A stretch of 64,000 nucleotides of DNA from an uncultured Alphaproteobacteria bacterium (lineage in GTDB: Bacteria; Pseudomonadota; Alphaproteobacteria; Rhizobiales; Rhodomicrobiaceae), in assembly GCA_963817365.1 (NCBI GenBank), contig CAWFNZ010000004.1:1983818-2047817 (forward strand), in the 5' to 3' direction. A program made the position numbers and the translations under genes. A model generated the notes under the pieces. It did no database searches. It was given only the letters and a program-made list of their open reading frames with translations, and had not been told where the DNA came from. Positions 32,101-41,159 of the stretch are shown here, piece by piece; the first letter of the stretch is position 1; every line of letters begins with the position of its first letter.

Positions 32101-33609
32101 GATCTCCGCGAGAATCCCATAACCGGCTCAGGGCGATTAGACGGCACAGGGCAATTCGCGCCCAACAACAGCGTGTTAGCGGCCTTCATGTTTGCAGGCA
32201 TCGACGCATCGACACCGCAGGGTCAGGTCGATACGATCACGCAAGGAGCCATGAGCCAGCTTCGGCTGGCTACGGGGTATTCGACCGACATCATTGCCGA
32301 GAGGCGCATCCAGGCGGTCGTGGATTTAGTGTGGGGAGGGCTCACGACAGACCAGAAGAACACTTTTAATCTTTGGTACGAGAGCGCCGGCCTGCAGAGT
32401 TGGGCAAACGAAAATCAGGCAAGGGCCGACAAATTAGAGGCGCCATTATACACGGTACTCAAAGTAGAAGGCGCCGTCGCGGCACCATTCCTAGTGGCCG
32501 CGTACGCGCCGGCAATTGCTGGCGGGGTGGCCATTGGCGAAACCTATTACACGGTTCGTCAGTTGGCGACCGGCCAAGAGGTGACGCCAGAGGGCCTGGC
32601 TCTTAATGGAGTCCTCTTTGGTGTCACTGGTGGCGCCTTCGGCTATGCCTACTCTCTCGCCCCGGAGGCTGCACTGTTAACGGCGCGGACGGCCTTAGGA
32701 ATTGGGAGCATCGACTTGGCGGCGCAGGCAACCAATTTGCCCAATATGACCGCCCAGGAGAGGAATGGGTTTTATGTCGATACCGCCTTCTGGTTCGCCG
32801 GATACGGAGGCTACAGGTGGGCAAGCGCCGGGACTGCGGAACCCCTGACACCGCCTGGTTCCGTCGCGATGTTGCCGGCTCCCGATGCGATGGGTGTGGC
32901 GGCGCGCACCATATATGTTGATGGAGCAGGCGATGCATTCGTTGGTAAGTTGCCGCCCGCAGGCTCTAGCGGCACCACATTTTATGGCGATGCATGGGGC
33001 CGCATATCTTCCAATCTTTCTGACCTTGATCCTTACGTAGCCCAAAGCACGGCCAAGCTCCCTTGGAGCCTGCAGGCACTGAACCAGGATTTGGCCACGC
33101 AACAGGCCAACGATGCACGCATTGGAACGACATTGGACGGAGCGCAGGCTCCAATCGTGGTTGTGGCGGACGGTACTGTCGCCGGTCAGACTTTCACCAG
33201 CACCAATCAGACAGCGCGCCCGGCTGGGTCAGCCGATCCAACTCAGCCCAGCTTGATTTCCGGTTCGGTTCAGACGGGTGCGCCAAACTCAACACTAGGG
33301 GACTTGCATGCAGAAATGGACGTGATCCAGCAAGCCGCCAATAAGAATTTGACCCAAGGTCAGGACATGACTATCACCGTCAGTGGCCAGAGTGTTTGCC
33401 CTTATTGCAGGAGCAACTTAGGCGATATGGCAGATGCCGCCGGCCTAAACTCGTTGACTGTTTACGATACCGCCACAGGATACGTGCGTATTTGGGTAAA
33501 AAATAGCGATGGTGGCGGGACATGGACGAACATTCCTGGGACGGAGCCCCTGGGGCCTACCTCTACAACAACGACGCCTCTCCCATTTAGGTCATATCAA
33601 TTCAAATGA
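26185..33609 (+). CDS. CdiA-like TpsA polymorphic toxin (~2470 aa) with C-terminal cytidine-deaminase-fold domain
   Basis: TPS domain (LANPAG, CNGCGFINTPR), long FHA repeats, then HAE (33307) and CPYC (33397) zinc-deaminase motifs. Confidence 0.88.
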   Translation: MGKTGGFSKAFGLRRAAVLAAALAGLLLALEVSAQGVKPSTTAPKANQPTAGSTTTSSTGKSVPSINIVAPNSKGVSHNIYNQFNVGPNGLILNNATQAGQSQIGGQLGANPNFTGGNYAHLILNEVTGGSASSLQGYIEIFGHSADFILANPAGVTCNGCGFINTPRVTLTTGTPNLDANGGLSGFTVGGSGQISIEGAVDITGVRYFDVAARSIFVGGEIGDSAMQAEVGLFAGRNNFDYNARTAAALADDGSAKPAFGIDASAGSIKAGKIAAVSTEKGVGTRTGNLQAGAGGMMLTADGKLVLGKTQSQGAISAKSVSGDIQIAGPLWSQASLDLWAGGNIGLLAQVSAGALGNVSVTAQGLTLNAGAVLGAGLDAATGNFTGGGALTVAAASLWNAGTVRATQNVTLGLTGVLNNQATGTIHADGTLTVNAASLENYGSANPGGPQGEISGQMLVVNAGDIANAGKLLASQALTIASSGQVMNALGTIQAGGRLSIAAAGNVENLSGAIQGQDVAINAQTIDNLTLVSRNGQLTLPTEFAGASSQSLQALFGTQNGAFLNGLGVPLGGAAAATPKTVSWFGLDLAAASQGSFTGTAAQQAAIGATNGVTLNASKDINSVGGKLSAGTDLNLNAGGSVSIQAAELTGTSSSTTHLGSALTAGGSVTVNAGGDVTIQGSTVTAGKNAQIDAQGQVTLLGVQDEVKTDTRHTSCGWFGLDCSSSGSVSDTVTALAATVNAGGWIAIKGKDIAGNGANIGAQGSVTLTASGSVVNMLGTIAAGGGVTINAGGNFENLSGTVQGQDVTVNAQTIENVTLVRRDGQLLLPAEYAALLKIDTSPSASAALPGVLALLSSQNSTLLSAFGVSGIAASSAHTDVAAQQAGISATNGITLNARQDINNVGGKLTATNGDLALNAGGNVNVQAQELSTVQDANNSTTTHVKSALSAGGNITINAGGDATIQATDIKSGKNTAINAQGAVTLGAAQDETKTYSSHHSCDWFGWSCSSSSTSTDNVIAVTTTINSGGWVQVESKTKDIQATATTVNAQGYIKLLADLGNVIQQAGQNSSYSHSSGSDSQWWGLTGSSHSSTDSSTTIAPSFVSAVGDVQIVAHADFVLKGSGVKAGGSIFITAQNIDLIALQNTTYHSQMDENWGFYASASAQSGSASVGVGWQDTKTTSSTTEGLAQVSTLEAGGDIAINAKGDINSQGAIVAASGDITAVAGGDINLTAAYDTYTATSSKTSTQIGLTLSANENVSSAIKTFENAPQAFNAGQGSATNKGITQASEALQLVETAANLVFGQLVSVSASIGFSHSTSESSLTEHLAHAGYWVAGNDVSIASGNNVNIEGTVSQAGRCLSVAAANNLTIQSALSTVDQKTSFQSESASVGVSFGVGLTGFSLAGNASVGFQTGDSSMHQVTNVMSQLSGGTVTLKSGRDTTVAGATVTGGTVTADVGGNLSVESRQDTLTSRNSQTGFSLGIGIGLGSVSSTAGPGSYAPNTNFLSDTGAMFSNAGSFLASGGPFGNAGPGSLTNAGNGNAPLKNTGSIGFTYVRGSEDKAWTNNLTTINGTSGTTLNVAGNTNVKGAVIESSGGGPLAVNTGTFTYQDIHDYDKTQYINASFNVTIPLGSFDWQKNAPAPGGAPTAVAPPPPPTPSMLAQLGQGLAQVGQYLGQYPTKFQLAYKATDKEGITYATVGAGSINVSDTAKQAALEKSGATGPLAKLNRDVTKTQIVTKNTTEAFNIFVSTQALGTIATLASKAALFIDDMVNKAILTVDEGARVKKILDYIAANGMPAAICDGPGGSAAPGQSGFLDKLRGFIIAPAYAANALTGCQLYFTNSRYYTTDPAAWETARWTITNEAAQTLSPENLARYNDLQAQVDSGQISSNNPDYVNLKQQLLVAASIYELCNTDPGSLRASGVFNSAPSLYNDVLFAESVRRGGDLLATRMASGDLAIGEYWRAVLLPLADLRENPITGSGRLDGTGQFAPNNSVLAAFMFAGIDASTPQGQVDTITQGAMSQLRLATGYSTDIIAERRIQAVVDLVWGGLTTDQKNTFNLWYESAGLQSWANENQARADKLEAPLYTVLKVEGAVAAPFLVAAYAPAIAGGVAIGETYYTVRQLATGQEVTPEGLALNGVLFGVTGGAFGYAYSLAPEAALLTARTALGIGSIDLAAQATNLPNMTAQERNGFYVDTAFWFAGYGGYRWASAGTAEPLTPPGSVAMLPAPDAMGVAARTIYVDGAGDAFVGKLPPAGSSGTTFYGDAWGRISSNLSDLDPYVAQSTAKLPWSLQALNQDLATQQANDARIGTTLDGAQAPIVVVADGTVAGQTFTSTNQTARPAGSADPTQPSLISGSVQTGAPNSTLGDLHAEMDVIQQAANKNLTQGQDMTITVSGQSVCPYCRSNLGDMADAAGLNSLTVYDTATGYVRIWVKNSDGGGTWTNIPGTEPLGPTSTTTTPLPFRSYQFK

Positions 33610-33633
33610 GTTCATAAAGGTGGGTCTGAAGTC

Positions 33634-34092
33634 ATGAAACGCTACGAACTCATGCTGAGTGCTACTGCTGCAATCGGGGGAGGCGCTTCTGCCATTTACC
33701 CTCTCTGGTCCGATGTTGAAATGGGCATCGAGCGGGCATTTCAATATGGAGGGCACGTAACTTTAGAGGCCGGAGTGCTAAGCGTAACGCGCCTCAATGC
33801 GCTCGTGACGAAAGAGGCCATTGACATGGAGGCGAAATCCGGAAGGTTTAGAATAGTTGTTTCTCCCGAACGAGAACCCCGTCAGAAGACGAACTTGCGC
33901 GAATGGTGGGAACCGGAAGACAAGCCGTTTCGCGGCACTGAACGGTTCCGGGATGACGAATGGGATTCCAGAACCGTTTGCACCGATATTTCCGTAGCCA
34001 AAGAGATGTTCAAGGATTTTTTCGATAATCGCGGGATCACCGAAACAATTCTAAATCAGACGCTGTCGGTTTGGGACCGCAAGCCGCGTTAA
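33634..34092 (+). CDS. Candidate immunity protein for the deaminase toxin
   Basis: 152 aa, starts 24 bp after the toxin stop. Confidence 0.75.
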   Translation: MKRYELMLSATAAIGGGASAIYPLWSDVEMGIERAFQYGGHVTLEAGVLSVTRLNALVTKEAIDMEAKSGRFRIVVSPEREPRQKTNLREWWEPEDKPFRGTERFRDDEWDSRTVCTDISVAKEMFKDFFDNRGITETILNQTLSVWDRKPR

Positions 34093-34251
34093 GAGTGCTG
34101 CGGGCGCTGTAGGGCACGCGCGCCATTGAGGCGTGGCGCCAGCGGCTGGTTGGCCTCGCGCCCCCTTGTGCCAATCGAACGTGATGTTTGCCATGCAGCC
34201 TACATGTGGGCGCTGCTGGCTGAGACTGCGTCTCAACGCATTTGCGTAGGA

Positions 34252-34620
34252 ACGTATCGTAGTTAATGCGAGTATGGTAAACGCCGCATCGTCCTATTTT
34301 TCGCCGCCGCATTTTTGCGAATCTTTTCGCGTTTTCGGCTGAATTCTACGTTTCCAGAATCCCGTTAAATACAAAAGCAACTTCCGGATTAACCATGGCA
34401 CGGTGCATTTTCGCCGGGAGACACGGCGTGCGCGCTTCAGTTTATTCAACAATATCAGCATATTGTCTCAAGTTTACGGTATTCTAAGAACCCATCCTTT
34501 ATAGTGGCGTCATGAGAGCGGCGGTCCCAGGGGTACGGAAAGAGCGAAAAGCACGAAGGAACGGGGTTAACGGGGAATGAATCCGGATGGAGGCCAAGCG
34601 ATAGGGTAAGCCAAGACCGC
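34252..34620. repeat. 33-bp core site + ~370-bp leader, copy A
   Basis: Closely matches 43104-43470; core ACGTATCGTAGTTAATGCGAGTATGGTAAACGC. Confidence 0.85.
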
Positions 34621-37600
34621 GGGCGGCAATATCGCCATCGACGCCAAGGCCGGCATCAACTCGCAAGGCGCGATCGTGGCCGCGTCCGGCGACCTGACGG
34701 CGAACGCGGGCGGCAACATCAACCTGACGGCCGCCTACGACACCTACACGGCAACGAGCAGCAAGAGCTCCACGCAGATCGGCCTCACGCTCTCGGCCAA
34801 CGAGAACGTCTCAAGCGCCATCAAGACCTTCGAGAACGCGCCCCAGGCCTTCAATGCGGGCCAGGGGAGTGCCACCAACAAGGGGATTACCCAGGCCTCC
34901 GAGGCGCTGCAACTCGTCGAGACCGCCGCCAACCTCGTCTTCGGGCAGCTGGTCTCGGTCAGCGCCAGCATCGGCTTCTCGCATAGCACCTCGGAGTCGA
35001 GCCTGACCGAGCACCTGGCGCATGCGGGCTACTGGGAGGCAGGCAACGACGTCTCGATCGCCTCCGGCAACAATGTGAACATCGAGGGCACGGTGAGCCA
35101 GGCCGGGCGCTGCCTTTCGGTCGCCGCGGCCAACAACCTCACCATCCAGTCCGCGCTCTCGACGGTCGACCAGAAGACTTCCTTCCAATCGGAAAGTGCG
35201 AGCGTCGGGATCTCCTTCGGCGTGGGCCTGACGGGGTTTTCGCTGGCGGGGAACGCCAGCGTTGGCTTCCAGACCGGCGACAGCTCCATGCACCAGGTCA
35301 CCAATGTCATGTCGCAGCTCTCGGGCGGCACGGTGACGCTGAAGTCGGGACGCGATACCACCGTGGCGGGCGCAACGGTCACCGGCGGCACGGTCACCGC
35401 CGATGTGGGCGGCAACCTCTCGGTCGAAAGCCGGCAGGATACGCTCACCTCGCGCAACAGCCAGACCGGCTTCAGCCTCGGCATCGGCATCGGGCTCGGC
35501 AGCGTGTCGTCCACCGCGGGGCCGGGCAGCTACGCCCCCAACACCAATTTCCTGAGCGATACCGGCGCCATGTTCAGCAACGCCGGCAGCTTCCTCGCCA
35601 GTGGCGGCCCCTTCGGGAATGCCGGCCCGGGTTCGCTCACCAATGCCGGCAACGGCAATGCCCCGCTCAAGAACACCGGCAGCATCGGCTTCACCTATGT
35701 GCGCGGCTCCGAGGACAAGGCCTGGACCAACAACCTGACCACGATTAACGGCACCAGCGGTACCACGCTTAACGTGGCCGGCAATACCAATGTGAAGGGC
35801 GCCGTCATCGAAAGCAGCGGGGGTGGCCCGCTTGCCGTCAACACCGGGACCTTCACCTACCAGGACATCCACGATTACGACAAGACGCAATACATCAACG
35901 CCAGCTTCAACGTCACGATCCCGCTGGGCAGCTTCAGTTGGCAGCAGCCGGCTCCCCCATCAGACCCGAATGGCGGCGGGCAGACCGCTAGAGCGCCCGG
36001 CAATCCGCCGGCACCGCCCACACCGTCCATGCTGGCCCAGCTTGGGCAGACCCTGGGGCAATACCCAGCCAAGCTGCAGGTCGCCTACAAGGCCACCGAT
36101 AAGGAAGGCACAACCTTCGCCACGGTGGGTGCAGGCAGCATCAATGTCAGCGATACCGCCAAGCAGGCCGCGCTGGAGAAGGACGGCAAGACCGGGGCGC
36201 TCGCCAAGCTCAACCGCGATGTGACCAAGACGCAGGTTATCACCAAGAATACGACCGAGGCCTTCAATCTCTATCTGTCGACCCAGTCAATCCAAACGGT
36301 GGCAGCGATCGTTCAGAAAGCTGCGAGCTATATCGACGCGCTCGTTAGCACGGGGAAACTGAGCCCTGAACAGGCGCAGCAGGCTAAGAAGGTGCTCGAC
36401 ACCCTGCTCAGTGCCGGGGACATACTAGGCTTTAAAATTTGCGATGGAAGCTCCGGCGGGTCGCAACAAGGCTTCTTGCACATTCTGCATGATTTCATTA
36501 TCAGCCCGGCTTATGCCGGCGCCCAGCCGGGAAGCGGCTGCGTATTGATCCAGAAGGGCAGCAATGCGCTGTTCGATTTCAATCTCGACCCGGCTACCTA
36601 CGACGCGACTCGCCAGTCCATAGCTGACGCGGCCAAGGCCCGGGTCGCCGACGATCAGGCCCAGATCGTCGCACTCCAGGCAGATAGCACCATTGACGCC
36701 GACAGCAAGCAGCAGCAAATCGACAAATTGCATAACGACCAGCTTAATGCCGCGTCGACCTTCGAGCTTTGCAGCAAGAACCCTGGCGAGTTGAAAGCCC
36801 AAGGGATTCTTGACGGCATCGTCGATCCTAACAGCAATTTTTTCGCGGAAGCCGAATCCCTCAGGCGCGGCGCCGATCTGATGGCGTCGAACCTGCTTAC
36901 GGAGCACAATAGCGGCGTCGCCGGACCAGCAACCAAATTGTGGATTGCCACCGAGCAGCAATCCAGTAAAGCGGCGCAATTGAGCGTTGCGTACTTCCTT
37001 GGGGTTAATGGCACCGATACGGCCGCGCAGGCCCAGTCAATTATCGACCATGCCGTTGCGATGCTAAATGGCTCGTTTGGCGATAAGTCCATGCTCATGC
37101 CCGGGGGGTGGTCCAACGGCCAGAACACCGCCGATAAAGGAATACTCGTTCTGCAAGTTCTGGCCTACGCCTCTCCCGTACTGCCGGCGGACGACCGTGC
37201 AATTTTGAGGCAGGAGGTCGTAGACTCCGGCCTTTTCGCTACGGCCCTGAATTTTATAAACCAGGGCAACGCGGTGCAAGACGCCACGAACAAAATTCTT
37301 GGTCCCGGCGTCGCAGGGGGCAATGCGGTTGCGTTCGCTATTTTCGGCGTGCCCGCATTGGCAGGCGCGGCAGTCGACGGCAGCAGCGCACTGGCAAGCT
37401 GCGTGACAAATATCGCCTGCCGTGCCTACCTCTATATCGAAGGCACCGCCGCATTGGAGTCCCTCGCCAATCCGGGAGCGGTTCCGGTAATCACGGGCCT
37501 TGCCGGCGCGGCCCGGCTACACCGCAAAATTGACCGGCGCCGCCGATCTCGCGGAAAACCTCGCAAGCGACTTCCTTAATCTGGAACTGCGCGCGAATGC

Positions 37601-38111
37601 CCTTGCTGGCGGCGCTAGCCGTGACCTTCCTAAGGCCGCCTGGGCCATAGAGGACGCTGTGCGCCAATCTGTTCTGATTCAGAGCGGGTCTGACACTTGC
37701 GGTCCAGCATGCGCCGCCTATGTCGCAAACAAACTAGGTTTTGATGCAGTTACCGAGCAGTCTATTATAAAGGCGGTCGGGAGCGATCTCACCAATGCGG
37801 GAGAGCTTGCAGGAGCGTTAACCGACCAAACAGGCCGAACCTTTATTGGAGGCGCGCTGGCGAGAGTCGTTCCAGAAGCAGACATAACCGCGTGGGTTGC
37901 CGCAAGGACAAATCAAGGCGATCAACCATTTATGACTTTATTTTACGGGCCCAATTCGTCGGCAACGTCAGCAGGGCATTGGGTTGTCGTTGAAGGGGTA
38001 ACTCCCAGCGGAAATATCGCCATTCTCGACCCCGCCGGATTGCAGTATACTATGCAACCAGATGCATTTTTCAGTGCCTGGAAATGGCAAAATCTTGTTT
38101 TAAAGCCTTAA
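34620..38111 (+). pseudogene. Orphan TpsA C-terminal module with C39-like cysteine peptidase toxin; no N-terminus; +1 frameshift at ~37513
   Basis: 34620-35935 nearly identical to tpsA 29770-31085; C-terminus QSGSDTCGPAC...GHWVVVEG...ILDP. Confidence 0.82.
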
Positions 38112-38124
38112 GGGAGTCCTTGAC

Positions 38125-38508
38125 GTGAAGAACAACAAGGGGATCGATGATAAACATTTCGATGTAATCGGAATGGGCGGCTTCGGCCAATACCGTTATA
38201 TATTCGTATTTTATAAGGGGCATACGCATATGATACCGGCCGAAAAATTATTGCCTGCGCAAAAAGATACGCATAACCCGTGGTTTACCGATGCAAAATA
38301 TGTTTCTCCGTTGTGCAGCGAAGAGGAAGACCCTTTCTTTATGCCGAATGCCATTGGCTGGCTAACTTGGCTTGTGCACGAGAACAATGCTGTTCTTCCA
38401 ATACGAAACATTGACATATCTAAATTACGCGAAATCGCAAACGCGTCTGGGGAGTTCGAGGCATATCTGAGGACTTTCATAAAAAAGGCAGATGATACCA
38501 GCGGCTGA
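38125..38508 (+). CDS. Candidate immunity protein (peptidase module)
   Basis: 127 aa, AT-rich, 13 bp after the toxin stop. Confidence 0.65.
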   Translation: MKNNKGIDDKHFDVIGMGGFGQYRYIFVFYKGHTHMIPAEKLLPAQKDTHNPWFTDAKYVSPLCSEEEDPFFMPNAIGWLTWLVHENNAVLPIRNIDISKLREIANASGEFEAYLRTFIKKADDTSG

Positions 38509-38526
38509 CGAGTTCGGCTGAGCACT

Positions 38527-39724
38527 AGGACGAGACCAAGACATACTCCTCGCATCACAGTTGCGACTGGTTCGGCTGGAGCTGCTCCAGCTCGTCCACC
38601 AGCACCGACAACGTGATTGCGGTTACCACCACCATCAAGCAGACGATGCAGGCGGGGCGCTCGTACGGGGGGCGGAATCAAGCGCTGGCAATGCCGCATC
38701 GAAAGAGCTAGCCTCGGCCGCGGATTTTGCCAAGCCGGAAGTGCCAAGCGTACCAGAGGTAGCAGTCGAACCGAAATTCGAGGCGCCCAAGGCTCCAGAG
38801 ACGGCGCAGGCGAAGATCGAAGGCGCAGGCGCGCCCGAGGTAGCAACCGAACCAAAATTCGAGGCACCCAAGGCTCCGGAGACGGCGCAGGCGAAGATCG
38901 AAGGCGCAGGCGTACCCGAGGTAACAACCGAGCCGAAATTCGAGGCGCCCAAGGCTCCAGAGACAGCGCAGGCGAAAATCGAAGGGGCTGGCGTACCCGA
39001 GGTAACAACCGAACCGAAATTCGAGGCGCCCAAGGCTCCAGAGACAGCGCAGGCGAAAATCGAAGGGGCTGGCGTACCCGAGGTAGCAACCGAACCGAAA
39101 TTCGAGGCGCCCAAGGCTCCAGAGACGGCGCAGGCGAAGATCGAAGGCGCAGGCGTACCCGAGGTAGCAACCGAGCCGAAATTCGAGGCGCCCAAGGCGC
39201 AAGAAACGGCGCAGGCAAAGGCCAACCCGGAGGCGGCGCCAGGACCGGAGGTGGCCACAGCCACACCCAAGGATACGGCGCCAAAGGTGGAGCCCGCATC
39301 GCAACCACAAATATCCTATCAAGGTCCGGGATCAGTAGAGCGTGGGGCGCTGGACGATAAGGAATTTCAACAGGCGCAAGAAATTGTACAATACCGGGGA
39401 GGGAAGTTTGTCGGCAACGACGTTCCAAACGCTCCCGGCATCGATGGCCAGCTGGACGGTGTTCCGGTCAGTCTGAAGGAAACTAGCTCGTCCGATGTCG
39501 ATGGCTTGATCAGAGAGGCTAGACGAGCCCGTAAAAGCGCTTCAGACGCTGGATATTCAGGTGTTGAAACCTATATTAAGGCGCCTAATATTTCTATTGA
39601 AGATATATCGAACGCTCCAAACATCGATCAATTGCTGAGCATTCCCAAGGGAACTATTTCTTCAGTTACCATCATGGGGAATGACGGTGTGCTTCGAATT
39701 GTACCCGGAAAGATTGTGAGGTGA
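38527..39724 (+). pseudogene. Orphan toxin module: tpsA patch + Pro/Glu/Ala/Lys repeat linker + PD-(D/E)xK nuclease (CdiA tRNase-like)
   Basis: 38527-38638 identical to tpsA 29150-29261 but out of frame with the C-terminus; GIDGQLDGVPVSLKE...AGYSGVETYIKAPN. Confidence 0.7.
38768..39215 (+). repeat. 81-bp coding tandem repeat, ~5.5 copies
   Basis: Units start at 38768, 38849, 38930, 39011, 39092 and 39173; encode EPKFEAPKAPETAQAKIEGAGVPEVAT. Confidence 0.95.
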
Positions 39725-40255
39725 ATGATGACTCGCGCATTAAGTGTCCCGATACAAAATAACCATATATGTGTGCCAAATTGCAACATGCGCCTCAATG
39801 AGGCAGCAAAAGCTATTACCAATAGCAATATTGATATATTATTTTCTATCGAAAATGAGCGCGGGGACATTTTTGATCATACAGTATGCTTTGGATGTGA
39901 TAATGCTAATATAATTAAGATGCCCGAGTTTGGAATTTTTACTAAGGTATTATGGATAGAGTGATCGGACTTCTCTTTCGATGAAAAGCACTATTCTCTT
40001 AGTAGTGTATTCTTCGATGTGCCAAAAGGAAGAAGCCATCTGGGATATTTTCTAGTTGCATGCATAGCTGTTGTGTTGTCTGAGGCATCGCTGAACATAA
40101 TCGAGGACTCGTCCAATTTTTGGGTTAATAAAGAATTTATTAATACGCAAGAATTCTTGGAGAGGGTGCGTAGACCGCGACTGCATGGAGAAGAAATAGA
40201 TATTTCTAGGTTGATAGAAGCGTTTTATTCCAATCTAAACTGGGCCACTGTCTAA
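39725..40255 (+). pseudogene. Candidate immunity gene with an in-frame TGA
   Basis: ORFs 39725-39964 and 40019-40255 share a frame and are separated only by TGA 39962-39964. Confidence 0.6.
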
Positions 40256-40299
40256 ATTGGCGTCGGAGGTGGCCTGCAATCTGATCGTCACCGTCACGG

Positions 40300-40409
40300 T
40301 TGTTCAGCGGCCTACTCTTCACCCTCGGATGTGGGAAGGTGTCACGCCTAGCGGTGTTAAGGTACAAGGATACCTTTCTCAAAAGGTTACCGTCTATCCA
40401 TTGTACTGA
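40300..40409 (+). pseudogene. C-terminal tail of an EndoU-like toxin
   Basis: Reads ...HPRMWEGVTPSGVKVQGYLSQKVTVYPLY*, resembling the ends of bacterial EndoU toxins. Confidence 0.5.
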
Positions 40410-40421
40410 GAGGCTTGAGCA

Positions 40422-40802
40422 ATGAAATTGACGTTTTTCTGGGCGAACAGAATTGGAATAATAAGGCCTTACTGTAGTCCGGCCGATAAAGATGGCAAAG
40501 ATCTTCTTGCCTGCCTGCTGATGGATGATGGAGGATTGAGCCTTAGTGCCACACTGGCTTGGATCGATGATGGCATCGCTATGATAAAGGCCGTCATGAA
40601 GGGCGAGGTTGCCGATGGGGATTGGGATCGGGAGACATGGGGCGCAAAGCTGAAGCCCGATGACGTTGAGATATGCTCATTATATGATGAGAGCTACTCA
40701 GAAGTGGTTTCGAGTTCTACGTTCCAGCACGCGTTGCAGGCTTGGCGGGAGTTCATTCAGTCAACACCCGACGTCAATACCGTTCTGGAGGTAGACGTCT
40801 AG
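40422..40802 (+). CDS. Candidate immunity protein (EndoU-like module)
   Basis: 126 aa, 12 bp after the toxin tail. Confidence 0.65.
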   Translation: MKLTFFWANRIGIIRPYCSPADKDGKDLLACLLMDDGGLSLSATLAWIDDGIAMIKAVMKGEVADGDWDRETWGAKLKPDDVEICSLYDESYSEVVSSSTFQHALQAWREFIQSTPDVNTVLEVDV

Positions 40803-40857
40803 AGGTTCTCGCGACAGTAACGTGACGGCCTTACAGCGGCCGGTTGCGGTTGTACCG

Positions 40858-40902
40858 ATTTGCGTTGGGACATATCATAGTTAATGCGAGTATGGTAAAC
40901 GC
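40858..40902. repeat. 33-bp core site, copy B (no leader)
   Basis: ATTTGCGTTGGGACATATCATAGTTAATGCGAGTATGGTAAACGC; shares ~12 bp of upstream flank with copy A. Confidence 0.85.
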
Positions 40903-40904
40903 TG

Positions 40905-41159
40905 GTGAGTGATGAAAACTTCGACGCGTTTGTTAAGAAGCGGGTGGCGGAAACGCCGGGAGGAAGCGGGGCACAAATTGAGGAGGTTGCTATGAAGCAA
41001 GAGCGAATTAGGGCCCGTGGCGTATCACGAACGTTTGAAAGCAATCTTTGGGATCAAGTCTATCCTTCCTTACCCGCCGGGGATGTGACCAAAATCCAGT
41101 TTTCAATCGTTAAGCCAAGTTCGCCGTTCAACACTGGTCCATTCATCCCGATTCGGTGA
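40905..41159 (+). pseudogene. Probable toxin C-terminal fragment
   Basis: 84 codons beginning right after core site B and overlapping the next ORF; family not recognised. Confidence 0.4.

Noticed and set aside
38768-39215. 81-bp repeats as a CRISPR array
   Set aside because: Units are contiguous with no unique spacers, are a multiple of 3, keep an open frame, and there are no cas genes.
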